Virus record (IMG/VR): IMGVR_UViG_3300047160_021165
Span: 589-64,588 of that record
DNA: 64,000 nucleotides
Origin: a virus
Reading direction: 5' to 3' (one strand)
The notes beneath the pieces were generated by a model. That model made no database searches and was not told the DNA's origin. It saw only the letters and a program-made list of their open reading frames with translations. Of this stretch, positions 27,039-36,890 are shown piece after piece. Both the position numbers and the translations under genes were made by a program. How positions within the stretch are numbered: the first letter of the stretch is position 1; every line of letters starts with the position of its first letter.

Positions 27039-28673
27039 TTATATGCCGCAGACCCCATTTACGCACTCTTGGGTGCGTTCTTCGTATACTAGGCCTTCTT
27101 GAGTTAATGCAAACTCTAAATCTACCCTAGTTAAAGGCTGTCCGCCCCTACATCCATCGGGATAACAAGTAAACCCCCTTAATCTTTTCGCATATTTCAA
27201 TAATATTTTGGAGTTAGAGTCCAAATTTTGTTCATTATTTTCTTCAGATCCCCATGGAGCCATATTGCAAGTAGAAGATATCGCCATATCTACATACTGT
27301 TGTACATCTGCTTGAAATTTGACTCTTTCTTGAAAAGTTATATCATAAGCATCTTTTATGTCTTCTAGTTTAACGCCTTGTTCTAACAAACGTTTTACTG
27401 TTCCGTCCACTACATATTCAAAATGCCATTCTTTGTCTTTTAAATATCGACGTTTATATGCTTTACAAAATAAGGGTTCTATCCCAGTTGTTGTTTCTGC
27501 TAATATCCCAATCGTTCCATTTGGCGCAATGGCCCGTTTTCCTTTAGGAATTGCCACTCCAAGCTCTTTAGCCCAGATATAAGCAGCCGAATCAGATTCT
27601 CTTTCGTAAAGATTTAGCCATTTATGAAGCTCCGGAGTCACTTCGTAGCCGTATCCCCTAGCCATAAGCCATTCATGCATCCCACCTAATCCTAGGCCGA
27701 TACGGTTGTTTTTAGCCCCTGTTTCACGGATTTTATCGGTAGGTAGATGGGAGTATAAGCCTCCACATAGAAGGAATACAGTAGATACAAAGCATACTCT
27801 AGCGAAATCTTCCTTAGATTCACACCTATTAATCCAAACAGTGCCTAGGTTACACTTATCTGAATCATCGCTGGAGGTTACTTCGGTACAAGCATTTCTC
27901 AGGCTTTCGGAATCTTTACAAAAGTTAAAGGACATTCCTGGTTCGGCCGTGCTAACAGCTTGTTTAAAATTGAGTTTCCAGACTTCCTTAGCATGTTTAT
28001 GCTGAGGGTGTTTTTTATCATCAATGGCTTTGAAGAATTCAGTGTCATAAATTACGCTGATATTTGTACCTTCCATAGGGAGGGCGAAATTGAAGTCTTT
28101 TTCCTTTAAGGTTTTCAGATCCTCATTCCAATCTTTCAATTTCATGAACTTGAATATATCTGGATGGCTCCAGTTCAAGCCGGCCCAAATAGCCGATCTA
28201 CGTTGCCCACCCTGCATAATATGTCTACCAGCTTCGTTGATCATGTTCATGAGGGCTATAGGGCCTGTGGAGTTGCCTCCAGTTTTACGGATAAGAGCAC
28301 CCTCTTCTCTGACTAGAGAATAATCAAATCCAATACCACCACCAGTCATTAGAGCTGAGGTAGCCTTTTGCATCGCATCAGCCCAGCCTTCTCGACTATC
28401 ATCAGCTTTGAATAGAAAGCAGTTGTTGACTTGATGGTATTCTCTTCCAGCAGAGTACAAATACCTTCCGCCTGGAATGAATTTGCGCTGCAGCATTGCT
28501 TGGTAAATTTCTTCTTTAAGTTCTGCTGGTAGGTATTGACCTGTCACCGCATCTACTACCCGCTTGCAGGTATCGGCCCAGGTTTCTTGTCTATTCATTG
28601 AGTACTTTTGCAAATAGATATTTTGAGCAAAAGAGGAAGAAAACACATCTTTTTGTGCCACGGGGATCTCCAA
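27039..28673 (-). CDS. nrdJ: Ribonucleotide reductase, probably class II (B12-dependent)
   Basis: FIPGGRYL, NNCF, GGGIG, RNACTE (radical Cys), CNLG, IAPNGT and C-terminal CVNGVC pair. No beta subunit or activase nearby. Confidence 0.85.
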   Translation of the reverse strand: MEIPVAQKDVFSSSFAQNIYLQKYSMNRQETWADTCKRVVDAVTGQYLPAELKEEIYQAMLQRKFIPGGRYLYSAGREYHQVNNCFLFKADDSREGWADAMQKATSALMTGGGIGFDYSLVREEGALIRKTGGNSTGPIALMNMINEAGRHIMQGGQRRSAIWAGLNWSHPDIFKFMKLKDWNEDLKTLKEKDFNFALPMEGTNISVIYDTEFFKAIDDKKHPQHKHAKEVWKLNFKQAVSTAEPGMSFNFCKDSESLRNACTEVTSSDDSDKCNLGTVWINRCESKEDFARVCFVSTVFLLCGGLYSHLPTDKIRETGAKNNRIGLGLGGMHEWLMARGYGYEVTPELHKWLNLYERESDSAAYIWAKELGVAIPKGKRAIAPNGTIGILAETTTGIEPLFCKAYKRRYLKDKEWHFEYVVDGTVKRLLEQGVKLEDIKDAYDITFQERVKFQADVQQYVDMAISSTCNMAPWGSEENNEQNLDSNSKILLKYAKRLRGFTCYPDGCRGGQPLTRVDLEFALTQEGLVYEERTQECVNGVCGI

Positions 28674-28714
28674 TCAGGAAAGGGTATATTTCTGTAATTA
28701 AACGTCTTTTTAGA

Positions 28715-28723
28715 ATTATATCA
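28715..28723 (-). promoter_or_regulatory. Extended -10 promoter TGATATAAT
   Basis: 2 nt after the dut stop, facing nrdJ-polA. Confidence 0.6.
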
Positions 28724-28725
28724 GA

Positions 28726-29154
28726 TTACTTGCCAGTAGAGCCAAATCCTCCAGAACCTCTAACTGTCTCATTTAATTCAGAAACTTCCTCAATGATTAC
28801 TTTGGGTAATTCCACTATAACTAATTGACCAACTCGATCTCCAACTCTGTATAAATTACCGGATTTCTTAGTTGGTTTGAAGATCAATTTAATTTCACCT
28901 CTATAATCGGAATCTATCACCCCGACACAATTGGCTAATTGTTGATCCATTTTGTACACGGACGATCGGGGGAACAGCAATCCTACATGTCCTTCTGGTA
29001 TTTCTACTGCTAGGCCTGTTTCGTATATAAGAACATTATTTCCAGTCATGTAACCAGAGGAAACTGCTACCAAATCTAACCCGGCCGCTCCAGCTGTTTG
29101 ATATTGGGGGACTACTGCGTTTGGATGCAACTTCTTGAATTTTAAAGAAATCAT
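28726..29154 (-). CDS. dut: Trimeric dUTPase
   Basis: AAGLDL, FPRSS, GVIDSDYRGEI and RGSGGFGSTG. Confidence 0.96.
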   Translation of the reverse strand: MISLKFKKLHPNAVVPQYQTAGAAGLDLVAVSSGYMTGNNVLIYETGLAVEIPEGHVGLLFPRSSVYKMDQQLANCVGVIDSDYRGEIKLIFKPTKKSGNLYRVGDRVGQLVIVELPKVIIEEVSELNETVRGSGGFGSTGK

Positions 29155-31059
29155 TTAATTCGCCTTTTTAACTAGAGAAATAAAATCTTTCACCCTTTCT
29201 ATATCGGCAGAATTTCTATAACCTCCAGATTCTTTCTTTTCCTCTAGTTTTCTCAAGACGTTAGCCTCTTTATTTAATACTATGAATTCCTCAAATTCTC
29301 CGCTGGTCAAACCTCTATATCGTCCGTTATCTAGATCGATATGTAGCACCATGGGTTCGGAAACCTTGATTCTATCTTTCTTGTGAACATATCTATTCTT
29401 TGCATATTGGAATGCCGTAATAGCCAATTCTGTCTTGTTTCTGACCCTTCTCAGAGGCTGCCATATGGTTACTACATAGTCCATATCCCATTCAAATTGG
29501 GCAATCCCGTAAGCAGCATTCAATCCTAGAGCCACGTCTCCCGCATCCGCTTTAGTTTTGGTAGTTTGGGATTGGAGAACTATGAAACAATCCAGTTCTT
29601 TGGCCATGGATTTGATGAATTTGGTCAGTTCTCTATCTGAAATGGTACGGTTATTTCCGAATCCTAGATCATCTCTTTTGCTCAAATTGAAGTCAGGCTT
29701 ACGCTTGATATCGATGGATTTATTGATCAAACCTACGTGATCTATAGCTACGGCTTTGACCCTCTTACCTGTGGATTTGGATATATCCTTGATATAACAA
29801 TGAACATCCTGAAGGTTCAGATATCGGGCATTTCCCTCTTCATCCTCATTAGATACTACATAGAATCTCTCGGCTAAATGAGGTGCATCAAAAGTCAACT
29901 TAGTCCAGGCTTCGATGATCTTATAATCTTCCATTTCCAAGCTGAAAAATATAAAGATATCATCATCTTGGGGATTATTTTTGATCATATTGTAGAACAA
30001 ATCCAGAGTTAAGCTGGTTTTACCTGCACTTGGACTCCCAATTAAACCCAAAACTTCAGAAGTGCGCCATCCATGGTTCATGCCATCGATATAGCTTGGG
30101 CCTTTTAGGAGGCGGCCTTTAGATTCTTTTGTTAATATACCTTTTTGGATTTTTTCTGCTGCGCTTGGTACTGAAAATTTAGCCTTATTCATATAAGCCG
30201 CAGTCACAACATTCACTGCATAACTTTTTCTATGTGGACCCTTGGATAAGGCCTTATTTGTATTCAAGATTACCGCTAAAGCTTCTGATTTTTCGTAATC
30301 TTTATCGTAAAGAATAGCCGCTATCTCGTAGTCCGCTTCGGATCTATCGCCTGTTTCAGCCGACCACAATTCTTGAACTTTTCGACTTTTTTCTAATAAT
30401 TGCAGGAATTTCTCTGGGATGGGAATGTCTTCCCCTAAGCTTTCTAGTTCATCAATCCCGTTTAACTTTTGCAAGTGCATTTCCAACTTCCTTTTATTGT
30501 TAATGCTTAAGTCTGGAAGTATACTCTTCAGATCTTCTATGTTGTATAAATCCTCTGAAATATTCAACTCTTCCACGTATTTGAAGTTATCTTCTTTCTT
30601 GGTATTGTAAAAGCCAGGTAAACGCATCAGTTGTAGTACAGTCCAGATAGATTCGTCAGTTTGGTATTTTTGAATTAGTCTGAGTTGGATTTCCAAATAG
30701 TCTAGGGTGTTTAAATCAGCCAATAACCAGTAAGCATGTACTCCGTTACCCGACAGAACTATCCTATTTGGCTTAACTGGATCGTTCATGAGAAGATCTA
30801 CGAATTCTTCACAAGAAGCATAGATTCCGTCTTTTAGATCCATATCCACGAAACAAGCCGTGAAAACATCCACATCTGAACCCCTTAGAAATGGGTGGTC
30901 GATGGTTTGGCTGTTATAGTTGGGGAAGTAATATACGTTATAGCCTTCTTCATTCTTAGATTTTAGGAACTCAGGGTCGAAATCATCACCCTCTATAACG
31001 GAGGGTCCTGGAATCTTATCTGGTTTACCCCAATCTGGCTTAATTAGGCGATAACGCAT
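29155..31059 (-). CDS. Primase-helicase (AEP/RepB-like primase plus SF4/RecA-fold helicase)
   Basis: FVDMD, SGNGVHAYW and LMRLPG primase motifs; GSPSAGKT, FFSLEM and IDHVG helicase motifs. Confidence 0.88.
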   Translation of the reverse strand: MRYRLIKPDWGKPDKIPGPSVIEGDDFDPEFLKSKNEEGYNVYYFPNYNSQTIDHPFLRGSDVDVFTACFVDMDLKDGIYASCEEFVDLLMNDPVKPNRIVLSGNGVHAYWLLADLNTLDYLEIQLRLIQKYQTDESIWTVLQLMRLPGFYNTKKEDNFKYVEELNISEDLYNIEDLKSILPDLSINNKRKLEMHLQKLNGIDELESLGEDIPIPEKFLQLLEKSRKVQELWSAETGDRSEADYEIAAILYDKDYEKSEALAVILNTNKALSKGPHRKSYAVNVVTAAYMNKAKFSVPSAAEKIQKGILTKESKGRLLKGPSYIDGMNHGWRTSEVLGLIGSPSAGKTSLTLDLFYNMIKNNPQDDDIFIFFSLEMEDYKIIEAWTKLTFDAPHLAERFYVVSNEDEEGNARYLNLQDVHCYIKDISKSTGKRVKAVAIDHVGLINKSIDIKRKPDFNLSKRDDLGFGNNRTISDRELTKFIKSMAKELDCFIVLQSQTTKTKADAGDVALGLNAAYGIAQFEWDMDYVVTIWQPLRRVRNKTELAITAFQYAKNRYVHKKDRIKVSEPMVLHIDLDNGRYRGLTSGEFEEFIVLNKEANVLRKLEEKKESGGYRNSADIERVKDFISLVKKAN

Positions 31060-31079
31060 ATACTTCCCGTTTCTAGGGA

Positions 31080-31325
31080 TTATTTCCCTTTGAATTCAGC
31101 TTGTTCTGGATCTTCCAAATTTATTTCTAAATCAAAAATAACTTCCTGGTGTTCAGAATCTGATGGCTGCAGAGCAACTTGGAGCACTTTGTAATATGTT
31201 TCTGTTTCTTTATCATAAAGAATTAGTTCACATTCTGAGTCATCCAAGACCCCGAGGCATCCGCTAGCTAGGTTCTCGATTACGATACCCAGGTTACGTT
31301 TGCCTCCAACAGATCTATACGCCAT
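31080..31325 (-). CDS. Hypothetical protein
   Basis: 81-aa ORF between SSB and primase. Confidence 0.5.
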   Translation of the reverse strand: MAYRSVGGKRNLGIVIENLASGCLGVLDDSECELILYDKETETYYKVLQVALQPSDSEHQEVIFDLEINLEDPEQAEFKGK

Positions 31326-31844
31326 TTACGCCTTCTTTCTATATTTGGCCAAAATGTCTTGACCAGATAGTTTTTTAGGAGCTTCTTCTGGCTCTGATTG
31401 AACCAGTTTACGCAAGGCTGGTGTTGGCTCCGCTTCTTCATCTTCTTCGAAGGAAGAAGTAGTTTGGGGAGCTACATCTTCTTCATCATATTCATCTGAT
31501 CCGGCTGGAGTTGTATTTACATAATCGGCGTCTTTGAGTACATCGAAATCATGGGCTTCCGTACCAGCGAATTTGCCACGTTTCAGCTTAACTTTGCCCT
31601 TGTAAACGACTCGTACTTTGTCGCCTTTGGATAGATGATTTTCCACCAAATTGTTAAGAATACCGGAACTAGGAAGAACAACTGTGTCCCCGGTTTCCTT
31701 ACGGAAATGATGTTGCAAACTGTCGAATTTACCTGCCCTACGAGATGTTAGGTAAACTCCCTCTACTAAAACTTGACCTGCCTGTGTTTCTTTGTAGTTA
31801 ACGTAGCTGATGCTTCCGCCACCCACTTTTACGAAGTTAGCCAT
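31326..31844 (-). CDS. Probable single-stranded DNA-binding protein
   Basis: OB-like beta N-terminal domain (GDKVRVVYKG) plus a long acidic tail; sits in the replication operon. Confidence 0.6.
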   Translation of the reverse strand: MANFVKVGGGSISYVNYKETQAGQVLVEGVYLTSRRAGKFDSLQHHFRKETGDTVVLPSSGILNNLVENHLSKGDKVRVVYKGKVKLKRGKFAGTEAHDFDVLKDADYVNTTPAGSDEYDEEDVAPQTTSSFEEDEEAEPTPALRKLVQSEPEEAPKKLSGQDILAKYRKKA

Positions 31845-31894
31845 TATTTGCCCTCCAATGACTAGTTTTATGTTTAGACTATGAGTCAATAGTT

Positions 31895-31921
31895 ATATCG
31901 GAACTCACAGTCGAGAACTAA
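31895..31921 (-). promoter_or_regulatory. sigma28-like promoter TTAG-N15-TCCGATAT (weaker match)
   Basis: At the gene boundary upstream of the SSB-primase unit. Confidence 0.45.
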
Positions 31922-33198
31922 AATTTACCTGAGAAAGGTTTGATAATACTGTCATATTTTGCGTTTTTATCCGCAGTTTTGACTTGAATCATCCGAATAT
32001 CGCCCACTGGATGTTCTTTGGTGCATTCAAAGATTACTTGAGTAGGATTACTAGTATAGATCCCAATAGACTGAGCATAAGGGTCTGTTCCACTCAAACA
32101 ACCATTGACTACTATGGCACATCCATTTTCCATTAACTGGGTTGTAGGTACGTGTACGTGGCCTACGGACAATACTGCAATCTTTTCAGCAGCTTGGATA
32201 AGATCAGAGTTATTTACCCTGTTAATTTGGTTACTTATGGAATTCATATTCAATGAATGTCCAGGATTCCCCACGTTTACTACGGTGTCTCCGTGAGTTT
32301 GCATAATATTGTGTCCTTGGACCTTATACACTGCAAATGGGGCCTCTGGGATGATGAACTTGACGTTCTTATGCTTCTGAGCCAGAATCTCTCTAAGAGA
32401 GACGTAGATCATGTTTTCATAAGAATCCCACTTATGGGTGGTCGCTCGCCCTTTATCCGCCTTGCCTACATTCCTACCATGGTTTCCTGGGGTACAGACT
32501 ACTGTAACTTGGGGAAATTTTTGAGCCAAATAACTCAATGCTTGGGATAGAAGATGGATTGTTCCAGAAAATTGAGTAGTTAGCAAATCTACGAACCACT
32601 CTTGGTTATGGATTTGGCCGGCTATGATATCCCCGTTCAACTGAACCACTAGATCTGTATCTTTGCGGTATGCCAGCTTATAATCCGCAATTTGTTCCAT
32701 GTAGAGAGCCATTCTACGAGCTGCTATAGTCCAGGTGAACTCATTAAGGCCGCTAAGCTCTTCTTTGGATATATTAGCCCCAAAGTGAGTATCTGAAATA
32801 GCTGCAACTATGGTCCTCTTTGCGGCTTCTTTCTTGCCCGAAGCTTTAATTGGAGCGTGAACCAGGATTGGATTCTTTTTTAGACTCTCTTTAACCGCGT
32901 TAAATAGTTCTTTCTCAAAGAATCTGGATTCCCCATATTGTTTTTCCAGCCTACTTTTATGGGAGTTTATAAGTTTGGAACCGTATTTGAGGTCCAGATC
33001 TTCCACTTCGTCTGGGAAGAATCTATTTTTTACTACTGTCCAACCCCCTACTTTTCTTAGGGCTTTATCGGTTACTTCCCCTTGAAGTTCTAGGAATTGA
33101 GCTTTGGTGATTTCATTTGGCTTAATCCCAAGCTCTTTAGCTAAATATTTCATTCCGTCGATGAAGGCTAAACATAACTTATCAGTATCTTTGAGCAT
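31918..33198 (-). CDS. Calcineurin-like metallophosphoesterase with N-terminal extension
   Basis: SDTHFG, GDIIAG, GNHG, THGD and GHVH. Confidence 0.8.
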   Translation of the reverse strand: MLKDTDKLCLAFIDGMKYLAKELGIKPNEITKAQFLELQGEVTDKALRKVGGWTVVKNRFFPDEVEDLDLKYGSKLINSHKSRLEKQYGESRFFEKELFNAVKESLKKNPILVHAPIKASGKKEAAKRTIVAAISDTHFGANISKEELSGLNEFTWTIAARRMALYMEQIADYKLAYRKDTDLVVQLNGDIIAGQIHNQEWFVDLLTTQFSGTIHLLSQALSYLAQKFPQVTVVCTPGNHGRNVGKADKGRATTHKWDSYENMIYVSLREILAQKHKNVKFIIPEAPFAVYKVQGHNIMQTHGDTVVNVGNPGHSLNMNSISNQINRVNNSDLIQAAEKIAVLSVGHVHVPTTQLMENGCAIVVNGCLSGTDPYAQSIGIYTSNPTQVIFECTKEHPVGDIRMIQVKTADKNAKYDSIIKPFSGKF

Positions 33199-33217
33199 TT
33201 TTATCTCCTCGTAGGAC

Positions 33218-33766
33218 TTAAGACAACTGGGCTAAAATAAACCCAGCCATATTAAAGATAGTGAATCTTTCATTTTTTGACTTAATTTCGCCCGGATTTT
33301 CGATTATATTTCTATAATTGTTCAGTAAAGTCACGTTGAAATCGTCTAAAAGTGCTTTATTATCCTTGATATAAGAAATCGCGGAATGTATAGAGTTAGA
33401 CAATATCGTAGCAGAGATCTTACCGCACATATTGTAGAGTTCGTTCTTTTGTTTTGTGGTCAAGTCTTTCTTGATCACGAAGTAGAAACACATGGATTCT
33501 AGGTCTGCAGAAATATTATATCCTAGATATTCCTTATGTTTTTTGGCATAAATCAGGCATTTTTCTATGGTACTTTGAAGTGCCGGAAATGCTTGGTTTA
33601 AATCCTCGTCTTTTCTTAAAATCAAGCATTCTGGAGCCAGAGGATGGCTTAAGACCACCTCCCCCTTCACTTTACGCTCGACTTTGTAGGTATTGGAGTG
33701 TTGGCTATGAGTACCTAGGCTCAAAGTAACCAAATCTCCAGCTTTTACTAGCTTCTTGGCTTCCAT
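33218..33766 (-). CDS. Hypothetical protein (182 aa)
   Basis: ORF downstream of groEL. Confidence 0.55.
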   Translation of the reverse strand: MEAKKLVKAGDLVTLSLGTHSQHSNTYKVERKVKGEVVLSHPLAPECLILRKDEDLNQAFPALQSTIEKCLIYAKKHKEYLGYNISADLESMCFYFVIKKDLTTKQKNELYNMCGKISATILSNSIHSAISYIKDNKALLDDFNVTLLNNYRNIIENPGEIKSKNERFTIFNMAGFILAQLS

Positions 33767-33768
33767 GA

Positions 33769-35370
33769 TTACCCCTTCTTAATCGTAATAGCACCACCCG
33801 CTGTAGAAAGCAAGCCTGCTATTGAAACTGCGTTTAAAAGCGCTGTTTTAGTGACTTTTACTGGATCTATGATGCCTGCTTCCAGAGCTTTAACTGGCAT
33901 ATCTTTTCGACCATCCCACGTGGTTTCGTCGCTAGCCAACATATCCAGTTCCATCTCGTGGATTTCTTTAGTATTTTTTCCTAGATTCAGCAAAATCTGC
34001 GTAAAGGGAGCTCTCAAAGCTCTTCTCAGAATTATGTGGCCTACAGTATCTGCTGACAAGCTGTTGGCTATTCTAAGCAAGGTTACGCCCCCTCCAGGTA
34101 TTACCCCTTCAGCGATAGCTGCTCTGGCTGCATTAACTGCATCTTCGATACGGTGGTATTTTTCTTTGACTTCCAAATCAGTTAAACCACCTACTCCGAT
34201 CTTGGCAATACCTTCAGCTAGGGCTGAAATCCTATCTGAAACAATCGCTGCATCATATGGGCTTTCTGCCTCTTCTCGTTGAGCTTTTAGTTGCCCAATT
34301 CTAGCTAAGACAGCCTCTTCTTCTCCAGCTCCCCCAAAGAAAGTAGTGGTGTATTTGTCTACAACGATCTTAGAGGCTACTCCGATATCTTCAAATTCGA
34401 TGTTGTTCAAATTACGGCCACCATTGCCCATACGGCTACCGCCCAAGTAAACCGCCATATCATCCAGAATAGCTGTGGTAACTTTGGTTTGGTGTGGGCT
34501 TTTTACTGCGCATACAGATAGGCCAGATTCTGCTCTATTGATTAAAAATACTTGAAGTACTTCATTGCTGAATTCGTTAGCTATAAACACTACTGGTGGC
34601 ATTTTGCCTTTGTTTTTATCCCATAGAAGTTGCAATACGGGGATAACTTGGGTTGGGCTATTGAGTTTACCGTCGAATAAGATTACGTGGGCATTTTCTG
34701 CTTCGAACTTGGTTTTTTCTGGGTTATTGTAGAATCTGTCTCCACCTTCTCCTCCGCGTCTGATTTGGAACCCATCCACTACAGTCAAGCTATGGTTCGC
34801 ACCGCCACCCTCATCCACAGTGATAATCCCTTCTGGGCCTACGGCTTCGAAAGCACCACGGATAACAGAGCCAATCTCTTTATCTCCGTTGGCTGATATC
34901 GTGGCTACATGTTCGATCATGTCGTAAGATAGGCATGCAGTAGCTTGACCGCTGAGCAGTTCTAGTACTTCTTGGGAAGCTTTTTCCAGAGAAACCCTAA
35001 CTTGTTGTGGATTGAGTTTTTCTTTCTCAATTACGGCCAGGCAGGCATCCAGCAGAGCTTTACCCAGAACGATAGCAGTAGTAGTTCCATCCCCAGCTAC
35101 TCTGTTGGTTTTGGAGCATATATCCTTAACAGCCTGAATAACCACGTCTACAATGGGATCATCTGAGGCGCATTCTCCGGCTACTGTGACCCCGTCTTTG
35201 GTAATCATGGGGCCCAGAGGCTCTCCGTTGAGTTGTTGGCCTACTCGTTCGATCAGGATGGGTAATCCACCTGGTCCAAGGGTTCGACCCACTATGGAAG
35301 CGATTGAGTCGATTCCTTCCTTGATGTGGCCGTACATTTCAGTTTTGTGGGTGATGGTCTTTCTCAGCAT
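33769..35370 (-). CDS. groEL: GroEL-like chaperonin
   Basis: TLGPGG, ITKDGVTVA, AGDGTTTA, GVIPGGG and GIIDPVKV; no GGM tail. Confidence 0.96.
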   Translation of the reverse strand: MLRKTITHKTEMYGHIKEGIDSIASIVGRTLGPGGLPILIERVGQQLNGEPLGPMITKDGVTVAGECASDDPIVDVVIQAVKDICSKTNRVAGDGTTTAIVLGKALLDACLAVIEKEKLNPQQVRVSLEKASQEVLELLSGQATACLSYDMIEHVATISANGDKEIGSVIRGAFEAVGPEGIITVDEGGGANHSLTVVDGFQIRRGGEGGDRFYNNPEKTKFEAENAHVILFDGKLNSPTQVIPVLQLLWDKNKGKMPPVVFIANEFSNEVLQVFLINRAESGLSVCAVKSPHQTKVTTAILDDMAVYLGGSRMGNGGRNLNNIEFEDIGVASKIVVDKYTTTFFGGAGEEEAVLARIGQLKAQREEAESPYDAAIVSDRISALAEGIAKIGVGGLTDLEVKEKYHRIEDAVNAARAAIAEGVIPGGGVTLLRIANSLSADTVGHIILRRALRAPFTQILLNLGKNTKEIHEMELDMLASDETTWDGRKDMPVKALEAGIIDPVKVTKTALLNAVSIAGLLSTAGGAITIKKG

Positions 35371-35381
35371 ATTGCCTCCTA

Positions 35382-35975
35382 TTATTTTCTAAACATTTCA
35401 AATAGTGATTTTTTAAGTCTATTTTGGGGTTTCAAGCCTAAAGGTTCCAAAATCGCAGCTGCTTCATTCAGAGTTGCTTCAGCTGAATCAATATCGATTA
35501 TGGTTTCTTTATTGACTTCCACTTCGATGAATTTACCCAAAAGTTCCATATTTTCATCAAAAACCAAGTAAAAAACATAGTTTACTTGTTCCAACTTATA
35601 TATAAAACAGACTTTGAATATTTGGAAATTACGTTCAAAGCCTATCAAAGTGGCGAAATCGTTGATAATTTGTTCTGTGATTCTAAAGACATCCAGAGGC
35701 AAATCAACTTCAATACGATCCCAGTTATTGGATGCTTTGTGCTTGATTTTGATAGTTAGTTCTGGATCTGAGCTGATTCTATATCGGAGAAATTTATCCT
35801 CAGAAGTCAAGGACTTAAAGTAGACATCTGGAGATGATATTTCTAGGGTTTGTTCTACGGTCAGAGAGCTCATTAAGTTCTTGAAATCAGATAAATTAAT
35901 GGCATCCGCTTTGTATTTGTACTCTAGTTCTCTAGAGACGTTTTTATCTAATGCGTTCAGGTGTATTTTACCCAT
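35382..35975 (-). CDS. CYTH / triphosphate tunnel metalloenzyme
   Basis: ELEYKY (ExExK), DVYF, LRYR, ELTIK, RIEVDL and FIEVEV. Confidence 0.75.
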   Translation of the reverse strand: MGKIHLNALDKNVSRELEYKYKADAINLSDFKNLMSSLTVEQTLEISSPDVYFKSLTSEDKFLRYRISSDPELTIKIKHKASNNWDRIEVDLPLDVFRITEQIINDFATLIGFERNFQIFKVCFIYKLEQVNYVFYLVFDENMELLGKFIEVEVNKETIIDIDSAEATLNEAAAILEPLGLKPQNRLKKSLFEMFRK

Positions 35976-36019
35976 TTCAACCTCTTGGTTATTGCTCGAA
36001 AAGTATCTCATGCAAAGGG

Positions 36020-36463
36020 CTAAAAGTCAACTTTCTTCTTGAAAAACTGATCCGGAGTATATAGCTTGCAGCCTTCGGAGTGGAATTGTGGGAAGCTAGT
36101 ATGAAAAGCTCCACAACCGCAGGCAGAGGCATCTATTTCCAAAAAATCCTCTATTGGAGCTATTTCTGGCTTATCAGCTAGGCATTGAGTGTAAAGATCG
36201 TGGTGTTTAGATACGAGCACGATGGTGTCGATCACATCATCCACGTTGGCGAATTTGGCGATCGGGAAGTAAGTTCCGTAATCATAGGCCAAATGTCCAT
36301 AAATGACCAAATCTGCCCTGAAGTAGTTGTTTCCGACGTATTCCACTAGGCCAGCGTTCCCAATCTTATATGTTGAGTTTTCAAGCCTCATGTGGTCCAG
36401 GATTCTCCTGGTACCTTCTGGCTTATAAATTAAAACGCTTTTATAATGTTTTTCGTCATCCAT
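36020..36463 (-). CDS. Hypothetical protein with C-terminal Cys/His cluster
   Basis: CGCGA...HSEGC is a putative Zn site; first gene of the leftward block. Confidence 0.55.
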   Translation of the reverse strand: MDDEKHYKSVLIYKPEGTRRILDHMRLENSTYKIGNAGLVEYVGNNYFRADLVIYGHLAYDYGTYFPIAKFANVDDVIDTIVLVSKHHDLYTQCLADKPEIAPIEDFLEIDASACGCGAFHTSFPQFHSEGCKLYTPDQFFKKKVDF

Positions 36464-36503
36464 GGAAGAAATCCTTTTTCAGGGTTTTTTCGTCGATAAC
36501 ATC

Positions 36504-36531
36504 TAATCGGCTACAAACTCGGAAAACTTTA
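36504..36531 (-). promoter_or_regulatory. sigma28-like promoter TAAA(GTTT)-N16-GCCGATTA
   Basis: 40 nt upstream of the 36463 ATG. Confidence 0.65.
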
Positions 36532-36758
36532 GATCTTCCCAAAAAAGCTAAGGCTTTTAAACTTTTAAAATTTGCCTTACTCTAGTAATCTATAGATTCT
36601 GTACAACAATGTTAACTAAATATAACTACAAAATATACAAGGTTCTAAACTTGAAAAAATTAGTTAACTTTTTAAAGTATTAAACAAAGTAAACTTTTTA
36701 ACTATTTAAAATTATTAACTATAAATACTATATCTTTAACTCGTTATCTATAGATTCT

Positions 36759-36787
36759 AGTATACGGCGAAAAATATTCTTTGTCAA
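36759..36787 (-). promoter_or_regulatory. Near-consensus sigma70 promoter TTGACA-N17-TATACT
   Basis: Read directly; the predicted start site falls in the ATCTATAGAT palindrome. Confidence 0.75.
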
Positions 36788-36863
36788 GTCTGGAAATTTC
36801 CGTTAAGTTAAGTAAAAAGAATTACTATAAGTCTTCAATTTTATTGGTATTTAAAAAAAGAAC

Positions 36864-36890
36864 TTAAGTTAAACGGAAAAGTACCGATAA
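36864..36890 (+). promoter_or_regulatory. sigma28-like promoter TTAA(GTTA)-N15-ACCGATAA
   Basis: 37 nt upstream of the 36928 ATG. Confidence 0.6.

Noticed and set aside
3106-29154. Uracil-substituted or hypermodified genome
   Set aside because: An intact UNG and dUTPase argue against dU-DNA, and no base-modification enzymes were recognised in this window.
36782-36810. Additional sigma28-like site (TCCGTTAA)
   Set aside because: The -10 is mismatched and no TAAA/TAAG lies at 15-16 nt; not counted.
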